A stretch of DNA of 64,000 nucleotides from Methylophilaceae bacterium (GCA_028122555.1 JAOHSH010000003.1:7791-71790); one strand, 5' to 3'. Numbered from the stretch's first letter, positions 34,164 through 44,308 are shown. Numbers and translations are program-made. Notes: generated by a model from the sequence alone, not told the origin.

Positions 34164-34910
34164 ATGAAAGATAATCAATTACTAAGATACAGTCGTCATA
34201 TTTTATTACCTGAAATTGAATATGAAGGACAAGAAAAGATACTTAATAGTCATTGCCTTGTTATTGGTGCCGGTGGACTTGGATCTCCTGTTTCTATTTA
34301 TCTTGCATCATCAGGAATAGGCAAAATTACAATTTGTGATTTTGATGATGTGGATATTTCCAATCTTCAGAGACAAATACTACATAATGACAAATCAATC
34401 GGAACAAATAAAGCTTTTTCAGCAAGAAAATTTTTGAATAAAATTAACTCAGAGACAACTATCATTCCAATTAATAAAAAACTTAATATTGATGGAATGA
34501 CGAAAATAGCAAAAAACGTCGATGTAATAATTGATTGCTCTGATAATTTTAAGACAAGGTATGCTTTGAATAAAATTGCATTTAATCTCAAAAAGCCACT
34601 AGTTTCTGGAGCAGCAATTAAATTTGATGGTCAGATTAGTGTATTTGATTTTAGAAAATCTACTAGCCCTTGTTATGAATGTCTATTTCCGGATTCAAAA
34701 AGTGAAGTAGAATTAAGATGCGCTGACCATGGTGTTTTTTCACCTTTGGTTGGAATAATTGGATCAACTCAAGCTGCAGAAGCTATAAAAATTATTTTAG
34801 ATCTCGGTGATTCATTGATGAGTAGATTATTACTTTTAAATTCAAAAGATATGACTTGGAAAGATATTAAAATTACAAAAGATAAAAGTTGTAAAGTTTG
34901 CTCAGGTTAA
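34164..34910 (+). CDS. HesA/MoeB/ThiF family adenylyltransferase
   Basis: RYSRHI, GAGGLG, SNLQRQ, PCYEC and C-terminal CKVC; moeB versus thiF cannot be decided from sequence. Confidence 0.9.
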   Translation: MKDNQLLRYSRHILLPEIEYEGQEKILNSHCLVIGAGGLGSPVSIYLASSGIGKITICDFDDVDISNLQRQILHNDKSIGTNKAFSARKFLNKINSETTIIPINKKLNIDGMTKIAKNVDVIIDCSDNFKTRYALNKIAFNLKKPLVSGAAIKFDGQISVFDFRKSTSPCYECLFPDSKSEVELRCADHGVFSPLVGIIGSTQAAEAIKIILDLGDSLMSRLLLLNSKDMTWKDIKITKDKSCKVCSG

Positions 34911-34978
34911 AATATTTCTAGGGGCTATACTTATATTCTGACATGCTAGAATTTACTAATTATTCAAGATAAAAAAAT

Positions 34979-37786
34979 ATGAAACAAGAATTATCAAAAT
35001 CTTTTAATCCCAATGAAATTGAAGAGAAGTGGTATAAATATTGGGAGTCTAAAGGCTACTATGCAATGGGTAGTGACTTGAAAAAAACAAGAAGTTTTTC
35101 AATATTATTACCTCCACCAAATGTTACTGGAACATTGCATATGGGCCATGGATTTAATCAAACATTAATGGATACATTATCTAGATACCACCGCATGAGC
35201 GGAGCTAATACTTTATGGCAACCGGGAACAGATCATGCAGGTATTGCAACTCAAATCGTTGTTGAGAGACAATTAGATCAAGAAGGTATTTCTAGGCATG
35301 AATTAGGACGTGAAGAATTTATAAAAAAAGTATGGGATTGGAAAGCATTTTCAGGTGGGAAAATAACACAACAGATGCGAAGACTTGGAACATCCCCTGA
35401 TTGGTCGCGTGAACGTTTTACTATGGATGAAGGCCTATCAAAAACAGTAACTGAAGTATTTGTAAAGCTTTACAGAGAAGGTTTAATTTATAGAGGTAAA
35501 AGACTAGTAAATTGGGATGTAAAGCTTCAAACTGCTGTATCTGATTTAGAAGTAGTTCAAGAAGAAGAGAATGGTTCACTTTGGCATATTAATTATCATC
35601 TAGTAGATAATGCAGATACTTTCCTGACAGTAGCCACTACAAGACCAGAAACAATGCTCGGTGATGTGGCATTAATGGTTCATCCAGATGACAAAAGATA
35701 TAAAAAATATATTGGCAAATTTGCTATATTGCCATTATTAAATAAAGAAATTCCAATCATTGCAGATGAATATGTAGACTCTACCTTTGGAACTGGTGTA
35801 GTAAAAGTAACCCCGGCGCACGATTTTAATGATTATGCTGTTGGCCAAAGACATAAACTTCCTTTAATAAATATATTAACTCTTGATGGATTAATAAATG
35901 AAAATGGGATGGATGATTATGAAGGATTAGAAAGATTTGAAGCAAGAAAGCAAATTGTAAAAGATCTTAAAAAGAAATCTCTATTAAATAAAGTTGAAGA
36001 TTATATTGTAAAGATTCCCAGAGGGGACAGAACAGGAATTGTCATAGAGCCAATGTTAACCGATCAATGGTTTGTTGCAATGACAAAGCCAAGTCTTGAT
36101 AAAAAAAGTATTGCAGAGAAAGCATTAGATGTTGTAAAAAATGAAGATATAAAATTTTACCCAGAAAATTGGGTAAATACTTATAATCAATGGCTTAATA
36201 ATATTCAAGATTGGTGTATATCTAGACAATTATGGTGGGGCCATCAAATTCCAGCTTGGTATGGAGACGATAATAAAATTTATGTTGCTCATTCATTCGA
36301 TGAGGCAAAAAAATTAGCAAAAAAAGATGGTTATGAGGGAAAATTGAAAAGAGATGAAGATGTTTTAGATACTTGGTTTTCATCTTCTTTATGGCCTTTT
36401 TCAACCTTAGACTGGACCCCAGAATATCCTAAAAAGAGTAATGCTGCTCTTGATCTATACTTACCGTCTTCTGTACTAGTTACTGGTTTTGATATCATTT
36501 TCTTTTGGGTTGCTAGAATGGTAATGATGACCAAACATATTACTGGGAAGATTCCTTTTAAGCATGTTTATATTCATGGACTGATTAGAGACTCTGAAGG
36601 TCAAAAAATGAGTAAGTCCAAAGGAAACGTTTTGGACCCAATAGATTTAATTGATGGAATTACGATTGAAGAATTAGTCCAAAAGAGAACTGATGGACTA
36701 ATGAATCCTAAACAGGCCGAATCTATAATTAAGAAAACAGAAAAAGAATTTCCAGAAGGCATTGATTCCTTTGGAACAGATGCACTAAGGTTTACATTTG
36801 CAAGTCTTGCAAGCCCAGGAAGAGATATAAAATTTGATCTTCAAAGGTGCGAGGGGTATAAAAACTTTTGTAATAAGCTATGGAATGCAACACGTTTTGT
36901 TTTGATGAATTGTGACAAAAAAGAAAATGGTTTTGGTAAATGTGTTGATGGGTATTTAGAATTTTCAAAAGCAGATAGATGGATCGTGAGTATTTTTAAT
37001 CAAAAAATTAAAAATGTCGAGAATCATTTTAAAGACTATCGTTTTGATTTACTTTCATTAGAGATATATCAATTTGTGTGGGATGAATATTGTGATTGGT
37101 ACTTAGAAATAGCAAAAGCACAATTACAAAACGGTAATGAATCTCAACAAAGAGCAACACGAAGAACTTTAATTAGCATTTTAGAAATGATTTTAAGAAT
37201 GAGCCATCCAGTGATTCCCTTCATTACGGAAGAAATATGGCAAACTATTGGACCTATGGCTAATAAAGATGGACCTTCAATTATGATGCAACCCTACCCA
37301 ACTTTTCAAGAAAATAAAGTTGATAAAGAATCTATTAAATGGATGGAAATTTTAAAAAAGATAGTTATTCAGTGTCGAAGTTTGAGAGGGGAGATGAGTG
37401 TATCACCTGCAGAAAAAATTCCATTAGCTATTACAGGAGATAAAAATATTTTAATAGGGTATGAAATTTATCTTAAAAGTTTGGCTAAGGTAAATGAAGT
37501 AGAATACATGAGTGAGTTGGATGATAAAGACGCTCCAGTTGCTATTGTTGATAACTTTAAGTTGATGTTAAATATTAAAGTTGATAAAGAATATGAGATA
37601 GCCCGTCTTAAAAAAGAAATTGATCGATTAGAGTCAGAAATAGATAAAGCAAGTGGAAAATTAGAAAATGATAATTTTGTTAATAAAGCACCTAAAGAAG
37701 TAATAAATCAAGAGAAAAAAAGATTAATAGAATTTACAGAATTAAATGATAAGGTGAAAATACAATTATCAAAAATTAATACTTAA
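34979..37786 (+). CDS. valS: valyl-tRNA synthetase
   Basis: [34 protein letters not shown]-terminal coiled coil. Confidence 0.98.
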   Translation: MKQELSKSFNPNEIEEKWYKYWESKGYYAMGSDLKKTRSFSILLPPPNVTGTLHMGHGFNQTLMDTLSRYHRMSGANTLWQPGTDHAGIATQIVVERQLDQEGISRHELGREEFIKKVWDWKAFSGGKITQQMRRLGTSPDWSRERFTMDEGLSKTVTEVFVKLYREGLIYRGKRLVNWDVKLQTAVSDLEVVQEEENGSLWHINYHLVDNADTFLTVATTRPETMLGDVALMVHPDDKRYKKYIGKFAILPLLNKEIPIIADEYVDSTFGTGVVKVTPAHDFNDYAVGQRHKLPLINILTLDGLINENGMDDYEGLERFEARKQIVKDLKKKSLLNKVEDYIVKIPRGDRTGIVIEPMLTDQWFVAMTKPSLDKKSIAEKALDVVKNEDIKFYPENWVNTYNQWLNNIQDWCISRQLWWGHQIPAWYGDDNKIYVAHSFDEAKKLAKKDGYEGKLKRDEDVLDTWFSSSLWPFSTLDWTPEYPKKSNAALDLYLPSSVLVTGFDIIFFWVARMVMMTKHITGKIPFKHVYIHGLIRDSEGQKMSKSKGNVLDPIDLIDGITIEELVQKRTDGLMNPKQAESIIKKTEKEFPEGIDSFGTDALRFTFASLASPGRDIKFDLQRCEGYKNFCNKLWNATRFVLMNCDKKENGFGKCVDGYLEFSKADRWIVSIFNQKIKNVENHFKDYRFDLLSLEIYQFVWDEYCDWYLEIAKAQLQNGNESQQRATRRTLISILEMILRMSHPVIPFITEEIWQTIGPMANKDGPSIMMQPYPTFQENKVDKESIKWMEILKKIVIQCRSLRGEMSVSPAEKIPLAITGDKNILIGYEIYLKSLAKVNEVEYMSELDDKDAPVAIVDNFKLMLNIKVDKEYEIARLKKEIDRLESEIDKASGKLENDNFVNKAPKEVINQEKKRLIEFTELNDKVKIQLSKINT

Positions 37787-38013
37787 TTTTTTTTGATATA
37801 AAAAGTTGATATTTTATTTACTATTTTATGCGAAATTAAATAATGCCCTGTATTTCTACAAAATGCCTCAAAATCTTTCTTTGCACTTTTGTCTGTTGTT
37901 TTTATTCTTAATGTTTGACCAATTTCTAGTGAATTTAGTCCTTTCTTGCATTTTAGAATAGGCATTGGGCATTTCAGCCCAATGGCATCGATTTCATTAT
38001 CATAATCACACAT
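37783..38013 (-). CDS. tusA: sulfur carrier protein TusA family
   Basis: [11 protein letters not shown] motif, DFEAFC. Confidence 0.85.
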   Translation of the reverse strand: MCDYDNEIDAIGLKCPMPILKCKKGLNSLEIGQTLRIKTTDKSAKKDFEAFCRNTGHYLISHKIVNKISTFYIKKN

Positions 38014-38016
38014 AAT

Positions 38017-38466
38017 TTACTTACTAAATGGCTCTACATCCCCTGGAGCTCTTAGCATTTTATCAACCTCACCTAAGTGTAGTTCTTCAGTATAAATCAT
38101 TTCTCTAGCATATTCTTCTAGCATAACAGAGCTATTTCCAACTAATTTTAATAAATCCTTATAGCAGTCAAGAGACGCTTTTTCATGTTCTAAAGACTCT
38201 CGAAGTATATTACCAATATCATGAGTATTGGTTTCTAGAAGTGGTCCAATAGCAAGTGATGGATGGCCTCCTAAGTTGGTAATTAATTCGCCAGCTTTAT
38301 TAGCATGATCTAATGATTCTGTTGCTTGTTCCCTAAGCCAGCTAATAATTGGAATACGACTATATCCATACACCATTAGAGCATAATGGGTGTAGCGAAC
38401 AACACCTGCTAGTTCCATTTCTAATATTTTATTTAAAGATGTAATTAATTTATTATTATCAACCAT
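38017..38466 (-). CDS. bacterioferritin-like (ferritin-like diiron) protein
   Basis: LN..LEMELAGVVRY, ESLDHA, EHE and EELH ferroxidase-type residues. Confidence 0.85.
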   Translation of the reverse strand: MVDNNKLITSLNKILEMELAGVVRYTHYALMVYGYSRIPIISWLREQATESLDHANKAGELITNLGGHPSLAIGPLLETNTHDIGNILRESLEHEKASLDCYKDLLKLVGNSSVMLEEYAREMIYTEELHLGEVDKMLRAPGDVEPFSK

Positions 38467-38531
38467 TACTTTATCTCCTTACTTTTTTTAATCACAAACG
38501 TAAATTAACATAGTTGCAAAATTGATGTGTT

Positions 38532-38550
38532 AATGCGAATGATTTGTATT
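38532..38550. promoter_or_regulatory. putative Fur box upstream of ferritin-like gene
   Basis: AATGCGAAT-G-ATTTGTATT, a 9-1-9 near-palindrome resembling AATGAGAATnATTCTCATT. Confidence 0.6.
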
Positions 38551-38561
38551 ATTAGTTCGAT

Positions 38562-38957
38562 TTAAATAAGTGAAATTAGCAATGAAAAGATTAACATAGC
38601 TGCCATGAGGCGTATTGACCAAAACGTAAATTTCATACCTTGAACTCTCTTTGTTTTATCAATGTTAGGCATTGTGAATGATTTAGCATGAAGAAAACGG
38701 CCAATAAGTAATAATCCACCTAATAAAAAAACTATTACTGGATGAATTTTATTAATTTCTAGACAACTTAATAAAATTAAACCAAATGGAACATACTCAA
38801 TAAAGTTTGCTTGCGCTCGAATAGCTTGCTCAAGATCTTGATGATTTTTATGTCCTAGAGATACTTTATGAAGTCTTCTCAATTTAATTACATTTGTGGA
38901 TAATTTAATATAAATGAACGCAAGAAGTGAAGCATATAGTGCAGTTATTTGAAGCAT
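38562..38957 (-). CDS. MAPEG family membrane protein (YecN-like)
   Basis: ITALYA, RAQANFIEYVP, GRFLHA. Confidence 0.88.
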   Translation of the reverse strand: MLQITALYASLLAFIYIKLSTNVIKLRRLHKVSLGHKNHQDLEQAIRAQANFIEYVPFGLILLSCLEINKIHPVIVFLLGGLLLIGRFLHAKSFTMPNIDKTKRVQGMKFTFWSIRLMAAMLIFSLLISLI

Positions 38958-39079
38958 ATTTAACCTTTTTTGATTATTAAAAGCATTTTAGTTAGATTAT
39001 CTTAAGTTATAGGATTTCCATATTCTTTAGTAGTTGTTTTTATCATTTTTCTCTTTCACATTTATTTTTATAAATCCAC

Positions 39080-39988
39080 TCAGCCATTTTTCATAAACTC
39101 TTTCTTACCAATTATAGCTGCTCCAATAACACCTGCAGAATCTCCTAAAATATTTTTTAAAATAGGTGTATTTGGATCTTCACAAAAAATATTTTTATAA
39201 ACCATTTGTAATCCCTTTGTGTATAAATGTTGATGATTTGATAGACCACCTCCTAAAATAACTATATCTGGATCAATAGTATTAATTATATTTGCTAATG
39301 ACAAACCGAAGTATTCATAAAATCTATTTAAAATATCTTCTTCTTTTTGGCTGTATGAAGTTTGGTTTAAAAATTTTTCAGCAGAAGTATTTATTTTTAA
39401 ATTCTCATTAATCATCATTTCTAAACCAGTACCTGAAATATAAGTACTAACACATCCTTTTTTCCCACAAAAACATTTAGGTCCATTTGGGTTGATAACA
39501 GAATGACCCCATTCCCCAGTCAATCTTTGAGGTCCTGTTCTAAGTTTACCATTATGGATAAAACCCCCGCCACAACCTGTCCCCATTATTATCCCAAAAA
39601 CTAAGTCATAATTTTTACCAGCACCCATATGTGATTCTGCTAGGGCGAAACAATTTGCATCATTCTCAATGGCTAATGAATGGTCTAATTTTTTTTCTAT
39701 TAAACTATCAATTGGCAATCCATTCTGACATGAAATAGTGGAGTTTCTTAATAATCCAGTAGATTTTGAAAGTGAGCCTGGGGTTCCAACTCCAAGAGTA
39801 TGCTTTTTATCTTTTATACTATTCTTGGCTTGTAAATATATATTTTCAATTTGGCAAAGTACATGCTCAGAACCTTTTTGGCTTTCAGTTAGAATTCTAT
39901 GGCGAAATAAAGTATTTAAATTAGAGTCAAGAACAACTGCCTCAATTTTAGTTCCCCCTAGGTCAATACCAATATGTAATTTTTCCAT
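39080..39988 (-). CDS. ROK family sugar kinase (fructokinase/Mak-like)
   Basis: GIDLGGTKIE, ENDANCFALAE, GTGCGGG, GEWGH, CFCGKKGC, DSAGVIGAA. Confidence 0.9.
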   Translation of the reverse strand: MEKLHIGIDLGGTKIEAVVLDSNLNTLFRHRILTESQKGSEHVLCQIENIYLQAKNSIKDKKHTLGVGTPGSLSKSTGLLRNSTISCQNGLPIDSLIEKKLDHSLAIENDANCFALAESHMGAGKNYDLVFGIIMGTGCGGGFIHNGKLRTGPQRLTGEWGHSVINPNGPKCFCGKKGCVSTYISGTGLEMMINENLKINTSAEKFLNQTSYSQKEEDILNRFYEYFGLSLANIINTIDPDIVILGGGLSNHQHLYTKGLQMVYKNIFCEDPNTPILKNILGDSAGVIGAAIIGKKEFMKNG

Positions 39989-40041
39989 TGTTATTAATCA
40001 TAACTAAATTTAAAAGATATTCAATAATTATCAATTATGGG

Positions 40042-40069
40042 TTGACATCAAATATGTCTCAAGCATACT
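40042..40069 (+). promoter_or_regulatory. sigma70-like promoter for small-protein operon
   Basis: TTGACA-16bp-CATACT; the palindrome GACAT-N5-ATGTC overlaps the -35 and spacer. Confidence 0.5.
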
Positions 40070-40142
40070 CTTAAACTGATTAATTTGCTCACTAAATATT
40101 TGTGAGCTAATTAAATATTTTAGTTTATTAGAAAAGGTTTTT

Positions 40143-40331
40143 ATGAAAAGAAAAATTGGAAAAGTAGCTCTTTTCCTTTCAATTGTTGCAGTAATTTGGC
40201 TTTTACTTGGGATGGTTAATATAGTCCCGTTTTTAATAGAATTACCTCAGGAAACTAGTATAAGAGCACATGCTTCTTTAGCAGTGATCCTTTTACTAGT
40301 TGCATCATGGGCTTTTTGGAATGAAGATTAA
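40143..40331 (+). CDS. small two-TM membrane protein (62 aa), unknown function
   Basis: AAAGG RBS, basic N-terminus, two hydrophobic helices, ends WAFWNED. Confidence 0.8.
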   Translation: MKRKIGKVALFLSIVAVIWLLLGMVNIVPFLIELPQETSIRAHASLAVILLLVASWAFWNED

Positions 40332-40351
40332 TTTAAAGAAAGGATTTAGTT

Positions 40352-40528
40352 ATGCTTAAAACATCAGATATATGTATTTTAATTTCAGTGGCAGTAGCAT
40401 TTATTACAACTGCTTATCTTTGGTTTCAAGGTGTGGACACTAAACAAGAAGCATTGTTTACTGCAACATGGATTCCATCAATATTAACTTTCGCTATTTA
40501 TTTTAAAATAATAGCTAAGAAGGACTAA
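40352..40528 (+). CDS. small two-TM membrane protein (58 aa), unknown function; missed by ORF track
   Basis: AAGGA RBS; MLKTSDICILISVAVAFITTAYLWFQGVDTKQEALFTATWIPSILTFAIYFKIIAKKD*. Confidence 0.78.
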   Translation: MLKTSDICILISVAVAFITTAYLWFQGVDTKQEALFTATWIPSILTFAIYFKIIAKKD

Positions 40529-40530
40529 TC

Positions 40531-40644
40531 ATGGATGATCAATTATTATTCTTTACAGGTTTATTTTGTTTTGTATTGGCAGTCGTTGGAGTTGTTATGA
40601 CTGTTTTAGAATTTAAAAATATAGAATTAAAAAATAAAAAATAA
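40531..40644 (+). CDS. single-TM micro-protein (37 aa); missed by ORF track
   Basis: AAGGA RBS inside the upstream gene end; MDDQLLFFTGLFCFVLAVVGVVMTVLEFKNIELKNKK*. Confidence 0.72.
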   Translation: MDDQLLFFTGLFCFVLAVVGVVMTVLEFKNIELKNKK

Positions 40645-40706
40645 ACTTCGCATAAAGAAGTTAAAGGTGAGGGCATAATATAGCAAAGTATTGTCGACAC
40701 TAATAT

Positions 40707-41525
40707 CTATTTATTTGTGGTGATAAGAATGTTGCCCCTAGTTCTTGCCAAAATACGGTATCCATTAGCCAAGAGCCATTCAAGTATATTCTTTTCCCAT
40801 TCTTTTTGGCTACTATCTTCAATTAGGATTAGTTTGGGGTAAAATTTCTTTTCTAACTTCTTAAAATATGGAAAAAGTGCTTTATCCTCGAATCCTTCAA
40901 TATCAATTTTTAATACATCAACCTTGTTAATGCCTTCTTTTTTAAGTAGATCTGTCAAAGGTACTACATTTATCTTAATTTTATTGTTATTAAGAGTTCT
41001 ATCTAAAATAGTGCTACTTCCCATATCTTTATGAGAAAGATGAAGCTCTAAGATATCTTTTTTTTCACCTACACCAACGTTAATAACTTTAATTTTTTTC
41101 TCATATTTGTTAAATTTTATATTAACTTTAAAACGATTAAGCACAATTGGGTTAGGTTCGATAGCTAAAATTTTATCTGCTCCGAGCCTTGCTGCCATTA
41201 AAGAGTAATAGCCAATATTAGCCCCAATATCAAGAAAGGTTCCACCGTGCCCTACAAAACTTGAAATAACATCAAGCTCTTTACCTTCTCGCAATTTTGA
41301 ACTAACAACCATTTTTGATTCTATTGTATTGTTATGAGGGTGTAATCTGAATTTTAAATTATGATAAATTATATCTAACGGATTGTTCCCATTAGCTTTT
41401 GTTAGTATTTTTGCGTATATTTTCTTGATGCTACCAAAGCCTAATCCAACCTTTGCTATTAAATAGATAATTTTACTAATACCTTTAGGTGAGTAATATC
41501 CAAAATCTTGGTTAGAATTTTTCAA
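40707..41525 (-). CDS. FkbM family methyltransferase
   Basis: FLDIGANIGYYS, AIEPNP, LKIDIEGFE. Confidence 0.9.
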   Translation of the reverse strand: MKNSNQDFGYYSPKGISKIIYLIAKVGLGFGSIKKIYAKILTKANGNNPLDIIYHNLKFRLHPHNNTIESKMVVSSKLREGKELDVISSFVGHGGTFLDIGANIGYYSLMAARLGADKILAIEPNPIVLNRFKVNIKFNKYEKKIKVINVGVGEKKDILELHLSHKDMGSSTILDRTLNNNKIKINVVPLTDLLKKEGINKVDVLKIDIEGFEDKALFPYFKKLEKKFYPKLILIEDSSQKEWEKNILEWLLANGYRILARTRGNILITTNK

Positions 41526-41573
41526 CTTAGTTTTTTCATTTAGACAAAAATAATTAAGAAATTACCATTAAAA

Positions 41574-41649
41574 TGGTGGCCTGAGACAGAATCGAACTGT
41601 CGACACGAGGATTTTCAATCCACTGCTCTACCGACTGAGCTATCAGGCC
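41574..41649 (-). tRNA. tRNA-Phe(GAA)
   Basis: Reverse complement GGCCTGA...GTGGA-TT-GAA-AA-TCCTC...TTCGATT...TCAGGCC-A-CCA. Confidence 0.96.
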
Positions 41650-41714
41650 ATAATAAATAATAGCAAGTGGCGAATTATATCAAACTTATGTCAGATATGG
41701 TCGATTAGAATTTA

Positions 41715-42296
41715 TTACACAGATCTATTATTGAATAGTGATGATTCTGATATTTTCTGACTTAATTTAAAAATAATATACAAAATTACAACATAAGCTG
41801 CATTTGGAATGAAGAAAGAATTAAAGTAACTAACTAAGTAGCTTAATCCATCATACAGATTTGGATTGCTTATCCATCCAGACAAAAAATAATGACTAGA
41901 AAACGAAATAATATAACTTGAGATGATAGCGATGAACGTTATCGGAAAAAATATTTTTGCCTTAATAAATTTATTACCCGATAAATACTTTCTACTTATT
42001 TCCCAGATCAAAAAATATGTAAATATATGCCCTAAGTAACTGATTTCGAAATTAATATGAGTCATATTATTTATGTTTATGATGTACCAGTCTAAAGAAA
42101 CAATTGAAGCTATAAACACTAAGAGCCATTTTCTTTGCTTTAAGAAAATGCCTGCCGCAATAAAAATTGCAAGACTCGCATCTGGTAGGCTAAAAGATGT
42201 TAATTCATGACTCGCTCGGGTAAGTAAAGTAAGAAATAGTAAAATCAAAGCTAATAAAATATTTTTTTTAAGCAGTATTTGCATGTTTAAATTCAT
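41715..42296 (-). CDS. btuM: BtuM-like solitary S-component cobalamin transporter
   Basis: LLTRASH...SLPDASLAIF motif, about 6 TM helices, directly downstream of a B12-riboswitch-controlled TonB receptor. Confidence 0.75.
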   Translation of the reverse strand: MNLNMQILLKKNILLALILLFLTLLTRASHELTSFSLPDASLAIFIAAGIFLKQRKWLLVFIASIVSLDWYIININNMTHINFEISYLGHIFTYFLIWEISRKYLSGNKFIKAKIFFPITFIAIISSYIISFSSHYFLSGWISNPNLYDGLSYLVSYFNSFFIPNAAYVVILYIIFKLSQKISESSLFNNRSV

Positions 42297-42337
42297 TTAA
42301 TTGAGTGTGTTTTATTTTAACATCAGAACGTTAATTA

Positions 42338-44308
42338 TTAGAAATCAATCTTAACTCCAGTCACCCAAGTCCTTGTATAATTGTAAGCATAGAAAGTATC
42401 ATTTGCTATTATCTGAGCATGTTTATGCTCAAAGATATTTTGAATAGCCCCGAACACACTGACTTTATTAAAATAGTCTTGATTTTTAATATCATAATTA
42501 ACATTTAGATCGGTTGAATTATAGTAGGGTGTTTTTTGGGTGTTATCATTTTCCCAATCATTTATTGCATAAGATTCATCTCTCCATGAGTGCGTTATAT
42601 TGATATCGCCTTGATCTGAAAATTTGTGATTAAGATTTAATACTAACGCGTGCCTTGGAACTCCCGGCAGATCATTTCCTTTAATATATTTACTATTATT
42701 ATCACTCCCAATTTTAGCTTTTATAAAGTTGTATAAAATTTTAGCGGTTGTTTGGTCATTAAATTTAAATTCGTTTTGGACTTCAATACCGTATTTTTTT
42801 GAGTTATCTAGATTCTGATTTATGAATGTACTCGGGTCTAGAACAATTTCATTTTTAAGGTCAGAATAAAAAGCTACGACTTTAAGTTTATTTTTATTAG
42901 TTATATTATTGAGTCCTATATTAAGAGTCTTGACTTTGGCAGACTCCATAAACCCTTGAAAGTCTCTCCTTAGAAAATTATATGGAGAAGATGAATTCCA
43001 CACACTTTTAAAGAAGCGATCAATATCGGGGGATAGGTATCCATGATTTATATTTGAGAATATACTAAGTTTTTCGTTGACAGCATAATTCACACCTAAA
43101 TCATAAGCAGCTAATGTCTCACGTGTTTTAGAGATGGCGGCAACGTCTACGTGCCTATAATTAACTTGTTCACGTCTGAAACCAGCTGAGAATAAAAATT
43201 TATCTGACAATCCTTTTACTTGAAAAACAGAGTCTATGAATGCAGAAATATTTTGCTTGGAAGTCTTCCCAGGGTACTGATCAACAGATTTTCTTTCCCC
43301 ATCAAAATATTGTAGCCCACCAGTAAGGTTATATCCTTCTCCCTTGTAGTCCCCTGTGAAATTACTTCCAAAGTAACCTTTAGTGTATTTATCTCCACTA
43401 GCATTTAAGGCGTTATATAACTTGTCTTCGTAGTACATATTTGCATTAAGATTTAGTTTTTCATTATATTTATGATCAACACCTGCACTATATCTATCAT
43501 TGTCTATGTCAAAATTATTGTAAGCATTACCACCATTTTGTCTTGGGTCCTCATGAAATTCAGCATGTGTGAGAATCCCAACTACATGTTGACCAATTCT
43601 TGAGCTTGAAACCCCAAAGTTTAATTTGGTGTCATCTGATGCATTAATATTTAACTTAGCAGTTTGGGTTTTATTCCTAAACCTATCTTTATTCCCATTC
43701 GTATCTGGTGCAGCAATTCCTTCACTTTTATCGTCAACTGCGCTTAATGATAATTGGAATTTTTCATGAGAAAATCCAGCATTCATAATTTTCTTTATTA
43801 ATCCTCCGCTACCAATGGACGACTCCAAACTAAGTCCATTGTAGCCTTTGGTATAAATATTTATTACTCCTGCCATAGCACCATCACCATAACGAACGGA
43901 CCCAGTCCCTTTGACAATTTCAATCCTTTCAATACTGTTGATGTCTATTTGACCTATAAGCGGCGCACTCAAATCGATATTATTCATTCGCTGTCCATCA
44001 ACAGTCATAACTATATTTTGATGAGCATCTTCACCATAGCCACGCATACCAAAATTAGCTTTTGCTCTGTCTCCATAATTTGGAGTGATATTTAACGATG
44101 AATGTTGAGAAAGGTAACTTTGGACTGAAGTGCTACCAGAAGCCTTAATATCTTTAGCGGTATGAATTTCTATGGAGTAAGGGGATGTACTTTCTTTGCT
44201 ATCGTATTGATAGTTTTTTACAATAATTTCTTCTGTTTCTAAATTTGTTTCGGCATTGATTGAAGTTGCTAAGAATGTTACAAGCAAGAGTAGTTTTTTA
44301 TTAAACAT
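42338..44308 (-). CDS. btuB: TonB-dependent receptor, probable cobalamin transporter (BtuB-like)
   Basis: Signal peptide, plug motif IERIEIVKGTGSVRYGDGAMAGVINIYTK, C-terminal F; under cobalamin riboswitch; start moved to MFNKK after AAGGA. Confidence 0.8.
   Translation of the reverse strand: MFNKKLLLLVTFLATSINAETNLETEEIIVKNYQYDSKESTSPYSIEIHTAKDIKASGSTSVQSYLSQHSSLNITPNYGDRAKANFGMRGYGEDAHQNIVMTVDGQRMNNIDLSAPLIGQIDINSIERIEIVKGTGSVRYGDGAMAGVINIYTKGYNGLSLESSIGSGGLIKKIMNAGFSHEKFQLSLSAVDDKSEGIAAPDTNGNKDRFRNKTQTAKLNINASDDTKLNFGVSSSRIGQHVVGILTHAEFHEDPRQNGGNAYNNFDIDNDRYSAGVDHKYNEKLNLNANMYYEDKLYNALNASGDKYTKGYFGSNFTGDYKGEGYNLTGGLQYFDGERKSVDQYPGKTSKQNISAFIDSVFQVKGLSDKFLFSAGFRREQVNYRHVDVAAISKTRETLAAYDLGVNYAVNEKLSIFSNINHGYLSPDIDRFFKSVWNSSSPYNFLRRDFQGFMESAKVKTLNIGLNNITNKNKLKVVAFYSDLKNEIVLDPSTFINQNLDNSKKYGIEVQNEFKFNDQTTAKILYNFIKAKIGSDNNSKYIKGNDLPGVPRHALVLNLNHKFSDQGDINITHSWRDESYAINDWENDNTQKTPYYNSTDLNVNYDIKNQDYFNKVSVFGAIQNIFEHKHAQIIANDTFYAYNYTRTWVTGVKIDF

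Noticed and set aside
39002-39087. Two 14-codon ORFs (MAEWIYKNKCEREK, MIKTTTKEYGNPIT) downstream of the ROK gene
   Set aside because: Could be a remnant of a deleted gene, but too short and without recognisable motifs to support a call.
41606-41624. U-U mismatch in the tRNA-Phe anticodon stem
   Set aside because: Single mismatches at this position are tolerated, and the rest of the cloverleaf and CCA are intact, so it is not a pseudo-tRNA.
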